The position numbers were made by a program, and so were the translations under genes. Shown here one piece after another: positions 13,500 through 24,013 of a DNA stretch of 64,000 nt; the first letter of the stretch is position 1, and each line of letters starts with the position of its first letter. This stretch comes from Atractiella rhizophila. Its lineage: Eukaryota. The notes below the pieces were generated by a model, which ran no database searches, was not told where the DNA came from, and saw only the letters and a program-made list of their open reading frames with translations. The stretch spans positions 1 to 64,000 of the forward strand of contig MU271315.1 in NCBI GenBank assembly GCA_021432655.1, written 5' to 3'.

Positions 13500-15121
13500 A
13501 TGGACCGAAGCACTTTCCCTCGTCAGCTCCGATTACAGGTTCGTCCTTACCTCCCTTCTTCAACCTGATGAGATGACCGAGGCTACACTAGAATGTTTGC
13601 AACATTACTGGTCGAGTTTTCGGATTGGGAGAAAACCCCCTCTACCCAGAGGCTAGCAAGACAATGACCAAGTGGTTCTGCAAGTGCGTTGCTCCCGTCC
13701 AGTTCTGGTTCCGCCTAAACTATTGTAAACAGGTATACGATGTACGACGAGAAGAAGAAACAAAAGTTTTTGGCAGCACAGTTCGACTTTTTTGCCGGAG
13801 TCAGCTTTCCCGACTGTGACCTGGAGCATCTCGAAACTTGTCTAATGTTTTACTTCTGGGCATTTGCCGTGAGCAGCTTCCCAGCATGACCCTCTTTTTC
13901 CGTCTTCTAACTCGTACACAGGCCGATGACCTTGCGGACGAAGGCGAGCTAGCAGATCGTCCAGAGGAAGTTGAGAAGGGTAGGTTCTAACTGAAACTCT
14001 GCAGACGTGTTGACGAGTCATTTCTAGGACATATGATCCAACGAAGCATCATCAACAAGCTAGACGGCCCAGAGCCTGAGTACCCCTATGCTTCGATGCT
14101 TTGGCAGTGCGTTTTCTCTCTGTTGCACTCTCATCCCTAATATCCCACTCAGCTTGCTACGCCGCATGAAGAAGACAGCCAGCCCTGGAGTTATCCGCAG
14201 ATTCATCGAGTCTTATTACCTTCACAGCAACTCGCACATGGAGCAATGCACCCTTCGTCGGGAGGAGCGGCTCTACTCTATCCAAGAGTTCATTCTGATG
14301 CGACGAGCGACCATCGGCTCAGGTCTCGTCAAAGCCATCACCGAGTATTCTGTCGACCTGGACGTGCCCGATTATGTCTTCGAGCATCCTGTCATGAAGG
14401 CGATGTCGGATGCGACCGACGACATCCTTACTTGGCCTAACGATCTCTGCTCATTCAACAAGGAACAAGCAGATGGGGACTACCAAAACCTCGTCTTCAT
14501 CATTATGGCCGAACATAAAGTCGACCTGCAGACGGCCCTCGACACGCTTGTGGACATGATTGCTCAGCGGGTCCAGGACTACGTGAACCTGAAGAAGCAG
14601 TTACCGAACTGGGGTCCAAAGGTCGATGCCGCAGTCGCGAAATACAACAAATATATCGAGTACATGGTCCAAGGTTGTGTTGTCTGGTACTACTCCAGCC
14701 CACGTTAGTCTTCTTGTTCACGATGGATCAAATTCTCAATATTGATTTAGGGTACTTTCGAGGTGTCTCTGCAATTGGGAAGGACTACATCATGTGGGAC
14801 TTGTACGAGCCTTCTGAGCCAACAGTCGAAATGACGAAAGCCGACTCGGAAAACTCTTCTCTTTCCGCGTCGCTTCTGCTGGACGAGGACGACTCCGTTC
14901 CTTCCACACCAGGTACCGAGCAGGAGGGGTTCCGGGACTCATTTTCAGTGCAGAATCCCAGCACCATCTCCCCTAAGCCAGTTTCGATAATTGCGTCATC
15001 GACTGAACGCTTTCTCAAGGCTCACCCCATCGTCTCTTTCACTGTCTTGGGGACAACCTTCTATTTCCTTGCCTTTCTCGCTCATCGATACCTTTCTCCA
15101 TCCCGGCATTTAGAACTTTGA
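13500..15121 (+). CDS. Class I terpene (probably sesquiterpene) synthase with acidic linker and C-terminal hydrophobic segment (spliced)
   Basis: FWAFA|ADDLADEG (DDxxD), RRATIG, NDLCSFNKE (NSE motif), WYYSSPRYF (WxxxxxRY); TATAA at 13409. Confidence 0.9.
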
Positions 15122-15829
15122 TTCATTCTGTCTGTCCTTATTCTAGTAATGTCCCTTCTTCTAGGTAATCTGTGGCAGCAATGCCCTCGAGGACATCTCA
15201 CTTTCAGCGCCGTGCTTCTCTGGTCCTGTCTGTGTTCACTCCTTCTCCTTCCCTCTCCTTCCAGTCGTTCATTTATCTACATTCATGTTCCTCCCTGTTT
15301 GAATAGTTGCTCTGTCTCTTGTTCCAGTTCATTAGACTTCACTTTGCAGTTTTGTAGCCATTTTCCAGTCATTTTCATTGATTACCTTGACACTAACTTG
15401 TCAATGCCAGGTTTAGCATACCACACCTTCAACGAGGGAAGCATTGACGTTTCAAAATTCCATGCTCCTGCCTCAGTCTGTACCTCAAAGCTTGCAACAT
15501 AAGTCATCACAATTCAAGTGAGAAGCAGTGAACGTGACTGCGACAATGGTCTCGATTTATTATTGTCTCCGAGGATGTATCGCTTGTCTTCATTTCTCAA
15601 CCAGTTTCATATTGTAACTTTGAAGTCCCGGAATCAACAACTTGAAATTTGGGGGGAACTTCGTGTTTAAAGTGCCACTGCAAGTCGAAACAGGCTTCAG
15701 CAGCAGGCTCACGTTCGCTGACTGGTTCCAACAACTCTGCAATCACCAGCACCTCCAGTCTTATGGAGCCAGCCCATGCATCTAGGGTGAAGGAACTTTG
15801 TTGCACTGTATGTTGCAGCTAAACTGACA

Positions 15830-16716
15830 CTAATTGTCATCTTGCTCCATCAGTGCAGCCAGCTCTCTTTCCTCCTACACGACAAGTCAGATAAAGAGTG
15901 GAATAGTGACGGAGCACCTACTTCATCTAGCAGCTCGTTTTCATCCCCCCTCTCTTCCACCTTTTCTTCAAGCACCATCTCTCCAGTGAAGCTCCCCCTT
16001 AACACCTCCAGCCAATCCCATGTCCTCACAGTGCAATCCAAAGATGAGCTGATCAAATAAGTTTGGAGAGTGCCTTGTACCGTGAGGTTCGCTATATCCA
16101 GCCCAGAGACTTCATCCCAGTGTCCTTCTACCTTTGCAAGCGGTGCAAGTGTCCAATTTGTCTCTTTGGGCAAAGGGTGAGTACCCTGCCGTAAAATAGC
16201 TTTTTTGAGTTCTTCTCGTTTCTTCTCCACAACAGTTTCGAAAGAATCACCATCGTCCGGACCTGAAGAAATGTCCCAAATCCTAATGGTTTCGTCCGTT
16301 GAGCCAGTGACGAGATAAGATGGGAAGCTGTCTTCGTTCACTTCTTCCAGTGGAGGATAAAACGCAAGACTCTTTACGTAGTATGGGTGCTTGATCCGTA
16401 TTATCGGGACTGGTGGTTGTGAAGGAGTGGACGGAAAGAAGAGCGAAAGAAGAGCAGAGTTGTCAGCTGAACATGTCCAAATGTGATCCTCCCATACTCG
16501 TAGATCGTAGATCCCAATCTCGTGAAGCTTCACTTCACAGTCCTCTACTATTTTTACCACAGGATCCGATCCGTTTACCCGAGAAACTGAGACGCTCCAT
16601 GCCTTGAGCATTCCCAGGGAATCGGCAGAGAATAATTGGCACGCCGATTGAGATTCGGGTTTGAAGCGATATGCAAGGCATTCAACGGGACGTATGTGCG
16701 ATCGAAGGACTTGAAG
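15830..16716 (-). pseudogene. Orphan 3' fragment of the WD40 gene (duplication copy 1)
   Basis: Near-identical to 17989-18875 but lacks the 5' exons and promoter. Confidence 0.8.
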
Positions 16717-16717
16717 A

Positions 16718-17283
16718 ATGATTGCTCAGCGGGTCCAGGACTACGTGAACCTGAAGAAGCAGTTACCGAACTGGGGTCCAAAGGTCGATGCCGCAGTCGC
16801 GAAATACAACAAATATATCGAGTACATGGTCCAAGGTTGTGTTGTCTGGTACTACTCCAGCCCACGTTAGTCTTCTTGTTCACGATGGATCAAATTCTCA
16901 ATATTGATTTAGGGTACTTTCGAGGTGTCTCTGCAATTGGGAAGGACTACATCATGTGGGACTTGTACGAGCCTTCTGAGCCAACAGTCGAAATGACGAA
17001 AGCCGACTCGGAAAACTCTTCTCTTTCCGCGTCGCTTCTGCTGGACGAGGACGACTCCGTTCCTTCCACACCAGGTACCGAGCAGGAGGGGTTCCGGGAC
17101 TCATTTTCAGTGCAGAATCCCAGCACCATCTCCCCTAAGCCAGTTTCGATAATTGCGTCATCGACTGAACGCTTTCTCAAGGCTCACCCCATCGTCTCTT
17201 TCACTGTCTTGGGGACAACCTTCTATTTCCTTGCCTTTCTCGCTCATCGATACCTTTCTCCATCCCGGCATTTAGAACTTTGA
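16718..17283 (+). pseudogene. Orphan 3' fragment of the terpene synthase (duplication copy 2)
   Basis: Copy of 14556-15121 beginning at the internal ATG (MIAQRVQDY); lacks DDxxD and NSE motifs. Confidence 0.8.
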
Positions 17284-17988
17284 TTCATTCTGTCTGTCCT
17301 TATTCTAGTAATGTCCCTTCTTCTAGGTAATCTGTGGCAGCAATGCCCTCGAGGACATCTCACTTTCAGCGCCGTGCTTCCCTGGTCCTGTCTGTGTTCA
17401 CTCCTTCTCCTTCCCTCTCCTTCCAGTCGTTCATTTATCTACATTCATGTTCCTCCCTGTTTGAATAGTTGCTCTGTCTCTTGTTCCAGTTCATTAGACT
17501 TCACTTTGCAGTTTTGTAGCCATTTTCCAGTCATTTTCATTGATTACCTTGACACTAACTTGTCAATGCCAGGTTTAGCATACCACACCTTCAACGAGGG
17601 AAGCATTGACGTTTCAAAATTCCATGCTCCTGCCTCAGTCTGTACCTCAAAGCTCGCAACATAAGTCATCACAATTCAAGTGAGAAGCAGTGAACATGAC
17701 TGCGACAATGGTCTCGATTTATTATTGTCTCCGAGGATGTATCGCTTGTCTTCATTTCTCAACCAATTTCATATTGTAACTTTGAAGTCACAGAATCAAC
17801 AACTTGAAATTTGGGGGGAACTTCGTGTTTAAAGTGCCACTGCAAGTCGAAACAGGCTTCAGCAGGCTCACGTTCGCTGACTGGTTCCAACAACTCTGCA
17901 ATCACCAGCACCTCCAGTCTTATGGAGCCAGCCCATGCATCTAGGGTGAGGGAACTTTGTTGCACTGTATGTTGCAGCTAAACTGACA

Positions 17989-19559
17989 CTAATTGTCATC
18001 TTGCTCCATCAGTGCAGCCAGCTCTCTTTCCTCCTACACGACTAGTCAGATAAAGAGTGGAATAGTGACGGAGCACCTACTTCATCTAGCAGCTCGTTTT
18101 CATCCCTCCTCTCTTCCACCTTTTCTTCAAGCACCATCTCTCCAGTGAAGCTCCCCCTTAACACCTCCAGCCAATCCCATGTCCTCACAGTGCAATCCAA
18201 AGATGAGCTGATCAAATAAGTTTGGAGAGTGCCTTGTACCGTGAGGTTCGCAATATCCAGCCCAGAGACTTCATCCCAGTGTCCTTCTACCTTTGCAAGC
18301 GGTGCAAGTGTCCAATTTGTCTCTTTGGGCAAAGGGTGTGTACCCTGCCGTAAAATAGCTTTTCTGAGTTCTTCTCGTTTCTTCTCCACAACAGTTTCGA
18401 AAGAATCACCATCGTCCGGGCCTGAAGAAATGTCCCAAATCCTAATGGTTTCGTCCGTTGAGCCAGTGACGAGATAAGACGGGAAGCTGTCTTCGTTCAC
18501 TTCTTCCAGTGGAGGATAAAACGCAAGACTCTTTACGTAGTATGGGTGCTTGATCCGTATTATCGGGACTGGTGGTTGTGAAGGAGTGGACGGAAAGAAG
18601 AGCGAAAGAAGAACAGAGTTGTCAGCTGAACATGTCCAAATATGATCCTCCCATACTCGTAGATCGTAGATCCCAATCTCATGAAGCTTCGCTTCACAGT
18701 CCTCTACTATTTTTACCACAGGATCCGATCCGTTTACCCGAGAAACTGAGACGCTCCATGCCTTGAGCATTCCTAGGGAATCGGCAGAGAATAATTGGCA
18801 CGCCGATTGAGATTCGGGTTTGAAGCGATATGCAAGGCATTCAACGGGACGTATGTGCGATCGAAGGACTTGAAGGAAGGGTAGCTTCGGTAGGTCTGAA
18901 GTTGGGACGGATGTAAGCTGATCTGAAGCTGTTTCGTCTTCATCGCCCTGAGTTGGGGAGTAATTAGAAGAGGTGCGCTCAGGTACGACTTCCAGGTCCC
19001 AAACGCGAATGCTCTTGTCTGAGCCACCAGAGATAAGGAGGTTCAAAGGTTCTGGAAGAATTAGGAGACATTTGAGGAAATCCGAGTGAGCCTCTGGAGT
19101 GCAACTTAGTGGGAAACTGGTCTGCCTCTACATTAGCAGGGAAACAACAGGATACAAAATGGATATACCTCTTCGTCCCAAACCCGGATAGACTTATCCC
19201 AAGAACCCGTTATGATCACCTCTTTCCCTTTACCCTTCGTTCTCCCGATGTCAAGGCATGTAGCAGGACCAGTATGACCCCTGAGTATCCCACGCGTCTT
19301 CCCGCTCTTTACGTCTTTTCAGCTTTGTTGAGCACACTTGATTTTTGGGATGACCCACCATGAGATCTAGTTTCTTCACGGCAAATCCTGATTCTGCTAC
19401 CCAAACATGCTCTCCGCGCAGTTTGATCCTGATCGCTTTGGACTTCAGTTTGATAGGATGCCCTGCGTCGGCAAAGTATTGCGATTTTTGGCTGCGTTGT
19501 CGCGCTTTGAGGAGCTGGTCTTCAGATTGGAAGAGGTTGGAGACATCATTAGTCTGCAT
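17989..19559 (-). CDS. WD40-repeat protein, uncharacterised (spliced)
   Basis: LLISGGSDKSIRVWD, LVTGSTDETIRIWD, GHWDEVSGL..SSSLDCTVRTW repeats; ends EERELAALMEQDDN* after a last intron. Confidence 0.85.
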
Positions 19560-19865
19560 ACTGCGAACACCGAGGAACTCGAAGACGATGGAAGTTGCCC
19601 TCCAGCAGGTCAGTTTCTTAAGTGTGTTATCAAAGGTCACGTTTTTTTTGCAGTACCTCTGAGGAGCCGGAGGAGGAGCCGCCACAACTACACATAGGGA
19701 CTAAGGGTTTGCTGGATTTATAACCAGATTTATCCAGCTTTCAAGCAAGGGGAACAGGGCTGGACGATAGTTTTGCTGGCCAATCAACCGAAGAAATCAA
19801 TACTCTGAAGGGAAAGTACCAATTGTATTACACTAACGCTGAATTGAAAGGTGGAGGTGAAGTGA

Positions 19866-20388
19866 TCATGCAAAGGAAGGAGCAGAAACAGATGTCTTTT
19901 GACCTGAAGTAGACGAAGGAGTCTGCCCCGGCTTCACCTGGTACATTGCCTTTTCTCGCTTCGCCAGTTCGTCAATGGTCGGTAAGCGTCTTGGATCCAG
20001 ATGGTCCATCTGAAAAGGATTAGCAGAAGGGTGGATCCAAGGCAGCATTGCGTTATGAGCCAGCTGGAGACGATCATAAAGAATTGAACGTTCGAGCCTC
20101 AGACGGTTAATTTGGCGACGAGCAGCCATTATGCGAGTTTCCAGCTTGCTGTTCTCCTGTTCATGCATCAGGAAATCTAATGCGAGGTGCAATACAAGGA
20201 AAGGTACATCTTCCATTTCTTTCGTTTTGATCTTCAGTTCACGATACTTCGTTCGGTATTTTGCTTCGTCAGACTGAGTGGCATAACTGGGTGCCAAGCT
20301 CGCTTTAGACTTGGTCTAGAGGAGAGCTGATTAGCCCCTTGTCTTGGAATTTGGAGTGAGAAGGTGGATAGCATACTGTGGCGACCAT
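19866..20388 (-). CDS. Small coiled-coil protein resembling the INO80 complex subunit F/TFPT-like domain (spliced)
   Basis: KYRTKYRELK..KEME.EN.KL..RI..ARRQINRLRLERSILYDRL motif. Confidence 0.65.
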
Positions 20389-20586
20389 GGGCTGCTGTCC
20401 TACTTCAGCTGCACTCACAACGTTGAAGGGGAAGACTCACTCTCGTAGCTCGCAGCCTGAAGTATAGTAATGATCTCAAAACTACCCTCAGCTTAGTCAA
20501 CAACACTCCTGACCTTGATAGAGATAGACAGCGAGAGTTAGCGTGGAATACGTGGGTGAATGACAATTGGAATGGGCGGGAAAGAA

Positions 20587-20613
20587 TTAGGGTTAGGTCC
20601 TAACCACACGTGA
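20587..20613. promoter_or_regulatory. Telobox (TTAGGGTTAGG) next to a GTCACGTG E-box upstream of the INO80-like gene
   Basis: Sequence TTAGGGTTAGGTCCTAACCACACGTGAC about 200 nt upstream of the ATG. Confidence 0.4.
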
Positions 20614-20877
20614 CACTCGCGAAGGGAGCCCGAGTTTGTGACAGGAGGTTTGGATCAGGAGGCAGGGACGTGGTAACACATTACTTCAGACGCTTATCAG
20701 AGATTTGTGAATCTATTCGCATTTGCGTATCGCGCATGATGGGTTCTGTGGGCAACCAAACCTCTTTTCTGTGACAATATGATGCGTGGTGATTTGATTT
20801 GATCCATGTCTGCTTGTAATGAGCTTTGTCAAACTGCCACAAACGTCATTGATAGAACCTGGGTCAAACAAATACCT

Positions 20878-21306
20878 CTAACCTGGACTATTTGAACGTA
20901 ATTCTTGAGAAGTGAATCCTTGCCTCTTCCATTCGTTGAATCCTCCATCCATATCAGTTGCGCCATCCAAGCCAATTTGTCTCAAAGAATATGCTGCCAA
21001 GGAGCTCGCATAACCGTCGTTGCAGAACAGGACAACAGGGATCTCCTTATCCTTGTATTCATCGATGATCTTCAGCCTCCATTCGCTCAAAGGATCCAAT
21101 CTCCATTCGAGGACGTTGCGATCAATGATAACGGCGTTGGGTATAACTCCATGCTGCTGACGAGACTCAATGGGTCGAATGTCGATGAGGAGCGTCTGAG
21201 AAGACTGGGACAGTTCGTGTGCGGAAGATGGCGAGAGTCGCTTCAGTCCAGCGCGTATCAAAGTGAGATGTGAGTCGATACCGCGATTATCTGAAGTTTC
21301 CGTCAT
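20878..21306 (-). CDS. Single-domain rhodanese/sulfurtransferase, intronless
   Basis: LLIDIRP..R..HG.IPNA..I.RNVLEWRLDP, active-site FCNDGYASSLAA, ATDMDGGFNEW. Confidence 0.9.
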   Translation of the reverse strand: MTETSDNRGIDSHLTLIRAGLKRLSPSSAHELSQSSQTLLIDIRPIESRQQHGVIPNAVIIDRNVLEWRLDPLSEWRLKIIDEYKDKEIPVVLFCNDGYASSLAAYSLRQIGLDGATDMDGGFNEWKRQGFTSQELRSNSPG

Positions 21307-21459
21307 GGCCACACGTTCCGAGTCCTTCTCCTTGTTGGCGTTGGCGGTAACCTCGGCAATTATTGGTTGGCCTTGTTTGTTACGACGGCTATCGTTTGTC
21401 CGTGAAGGAGAGGTTATAAGACGAAGGCGACTCTCCTTCCTGTTTCCTAAACACCCAGC

Positions 21460-23694
21460 ATGGCGATCCAGGGTATTCCTTTGATTTTTACGCATTCAAT
21501 TCTTGCGTATATCGCAATCCATAACTTGCCGTATTCGAGACTCCCCGCACCTGTCTCCACCTCCCTGTCTTATGTTCCCCCACTGTTGTTGTATCTCTGC
21601 ATCTTCTCGATCACAGTCACTATCCATCAGGTAGTCCAGAATAGCTATACTGCGATAAAAGCTTGGAGGAAGTACGGAGCTATCACAGTTCCTCGTGTGA
21701 AGGGAGCGCTGCCTTTCAACTTGGACCAGATGTACTATGGAGCGCAAGCGTTCTGGACTGGTACGCAGATTTTTGCAGAATTCGACATCTGATTGAGTAT
21801 GGTCTCTCGCAGATCCCATCCCCGGAAGGCACATTCATGATTTGATCCTCAAGTATAACTCGGAGAAGCGGATTATAAACATGAGCTTCTTGGGAAAAGA
21901 CATTATTTTCACTGAGGACCCTGAAGTTTGTCTTTCGTTCCTCTGTTTGACTTGAAAACGATATAAATTGTCACTTTTGTAGCTCGTGAAACATGTCCTA
22001 ACAGGTCCTGGTTGGACTAACTTTCCTAAAGGGGAGAGGTTCCAAGGCATCTTCAATGATTTCTTAGGTTCCTTGTTTTATTTCGCATCATTCAGTGAGG
22101 CTGACATTCGGAGCAGGAGTAGGCATATTCAACTCTGACGGAGCTCAATGGAAACATCATCGTTCTCTCACGAGGCCATTCTTTTCTAAAGATGAAATCT
22201 CCAACATTGAAACCTTTGACAAACATGTATGCAATCTCATTTGCATGCCAAGTGACTGAAGGAACGTGTGTAGGCGTCGATCATGATCAACATTGTCAAG
22301 AAACTTCGCTCTCATCCACAAAAGACAAGAGCTTCATTTCCTGCTCAGATTGCTGTTGGAAAGAGCGCAGCTATCGACATCCAGGATTTGGTGGGACGCT
22401 TCACTCTCGACTCAGCGACCGAATTTCTGTTTGGAACGCCAGTGGTGTGTTAATATTATGCTGAAATCTTCACATGATTACTGAAATGGAATAGGATTCT
22501 CTTTATGAAGTCGACTCGACACTTTTCTCACAAGAAAGCAAGGAGAAGAAAATCAACGCAGGAGACTTTTTTCGAGCGTTCAACGAGGTGCAGGAGAAGA
22601 CCCAAAGAAGATTGCAGGCGGATCCCTTTTGGAAGGTCGCAGAATTGGTTCATAATCCCATCAAGGCAGAAATGAAAGTTCGTCCTCTGCCTTGTTCCTA
22701 AGAAACAACAGCTGATTCTTGTAAAGCACATATCTCCGCTAGTGGATAGCATTATCGAGTCTGCCCTCAAATCTCCCGCGACTATCTCAGCGGATCAGGA
22801 AAAGAAAGGCGATCTCAAATCCACTGTTTTTCTGAACCACTTGATCGCCGTTACTCAGGATCCCAAAGAAATCCGAGACGAACTCCTGAATGTTCTCCTT
22901 GCTGCAAGGGACACAACTCACTCGCTCATCATTAGCACCATCTATGAGATGTCGCGAAATGTTGTCATCTGGAAGAAGCTAAGGGACGAAGTTATCGCCG
23001 CATTTCCGTTTAAGGCTGAACCAGTGGATGTTGATGCTATGAGAAAGTTGAAGTACTTGAGATCCGTGCTTAATGAATCGTTAAGGATGCATCCTGTCCG
23101 TTCTTGCTTTCTTTGTGTTGCAAAGCGTGCAGCTGACCTACCATAGCCTGTTCCGTTCAACTTCAGATCCACTGTCAATGAAGATATCATCGATATCAAA
23201 GGCACGAGATACTACCTGCCTGCTAAATGTCCTATCGCGTATGGCCTGTATCCAATGCAGCGTGTAAGTTTCTCGTCCGCAACCCGAGGCAGGATCTAAT
23301 TTACTGGCAGCGAGAGGACCTATGGGGACCGGACGCAGGTATTTACGATCCGGAGGTATGTAGACTTTCTCGTCACGGGAGCGGTGGTCTCATCGACCTA
23401 CAGCGCTGGCTCGACTCTCGCTCCAAGAGGCAAACCAGTAATCCCTTCATCTTTCAACCCTTTAGCGCCGGTCCGCGAATCTGTTTGGGTCAACAGTACG
23501 CCTACAACGAAGCGTCTCTCTGCATAGTCCGCCTTCTGCAGCACTTCGAATCTGTTGAATGGGCGAGCGATGCTCAACCTAGCGAGTCGATTTACACCAA
23601 CGAGAAAGGTCAACCTGATATTGCGAGATACGCTGCAATCACTCTCAGCTTTCGAGGCGGGTTTTGGGTACGATTTACAGAGGCGAAGAATTGA
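21460..23694 (+). CDS. Cytochrome P450, CYP52/CYP63-like (spliced)
   Basis: [34 protein letters not shown]-helix [16 protein letters not shown], heme motif [14 protein letters not shown]. Confidence 0.92.
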
Positions 23695-24013
23695 AAGGCG
23701 TTTATTCGAAAATGATTGCATTTCTGTTATTTTGCCGCAGCTCTTGGTTCGTGAAACGAATGTAATGTCAGAATTGAATATTGAATGCCAATGTGAATCA
23801 TGTATTTCTGCCTTTTCCTCCCAATCTTTTTAGCCTATGGGTTTCCGACTTTGCCGCTTCAGTAGCCCAGGTACCTCTTCGGAGCTTGCCATCATTACTA
23901 TTCTCCTTGCGTATGATTGATCTGATTGTGCAGAATTGCTGGAGGCACGTGATTTTCACAATGAGAGGCTGACTCACAGCTTGATTGTTTCTGCATTAAC
24001 GAACCCAGCTTTT

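Larger units (their letters stand above)
14556..18875. repeat. Head-to-tail duplication 1: 14556-16716 and 16718-18875 (about 2.16 kb, about 99% identical)
   Basis: Identical ORFs at offset 2162; junction ..TTGAAG-A-ATGATTGCTC.. Confidence 0.95.

Noticed and set aside
16636..17283. 215-aa ORF spanning duplication junction 1
   Set aside because: It is made of antisense WD40 sequence, an off-frame terpene synthase exon and an unspliced intron, so it is a by-product of the junction
14556..18875. RIP-like mutation of the duplicated copies
   Set aside because: Differences run in both directions, include transversions and an indel, and create no stops
20878..21495. 205-aa long form of the rhodanese overlapping the P450 start
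   Set aside because: The N-terminal extension crosses the divergent promoter and has no domain features; ATG 21306 fits the domain start better
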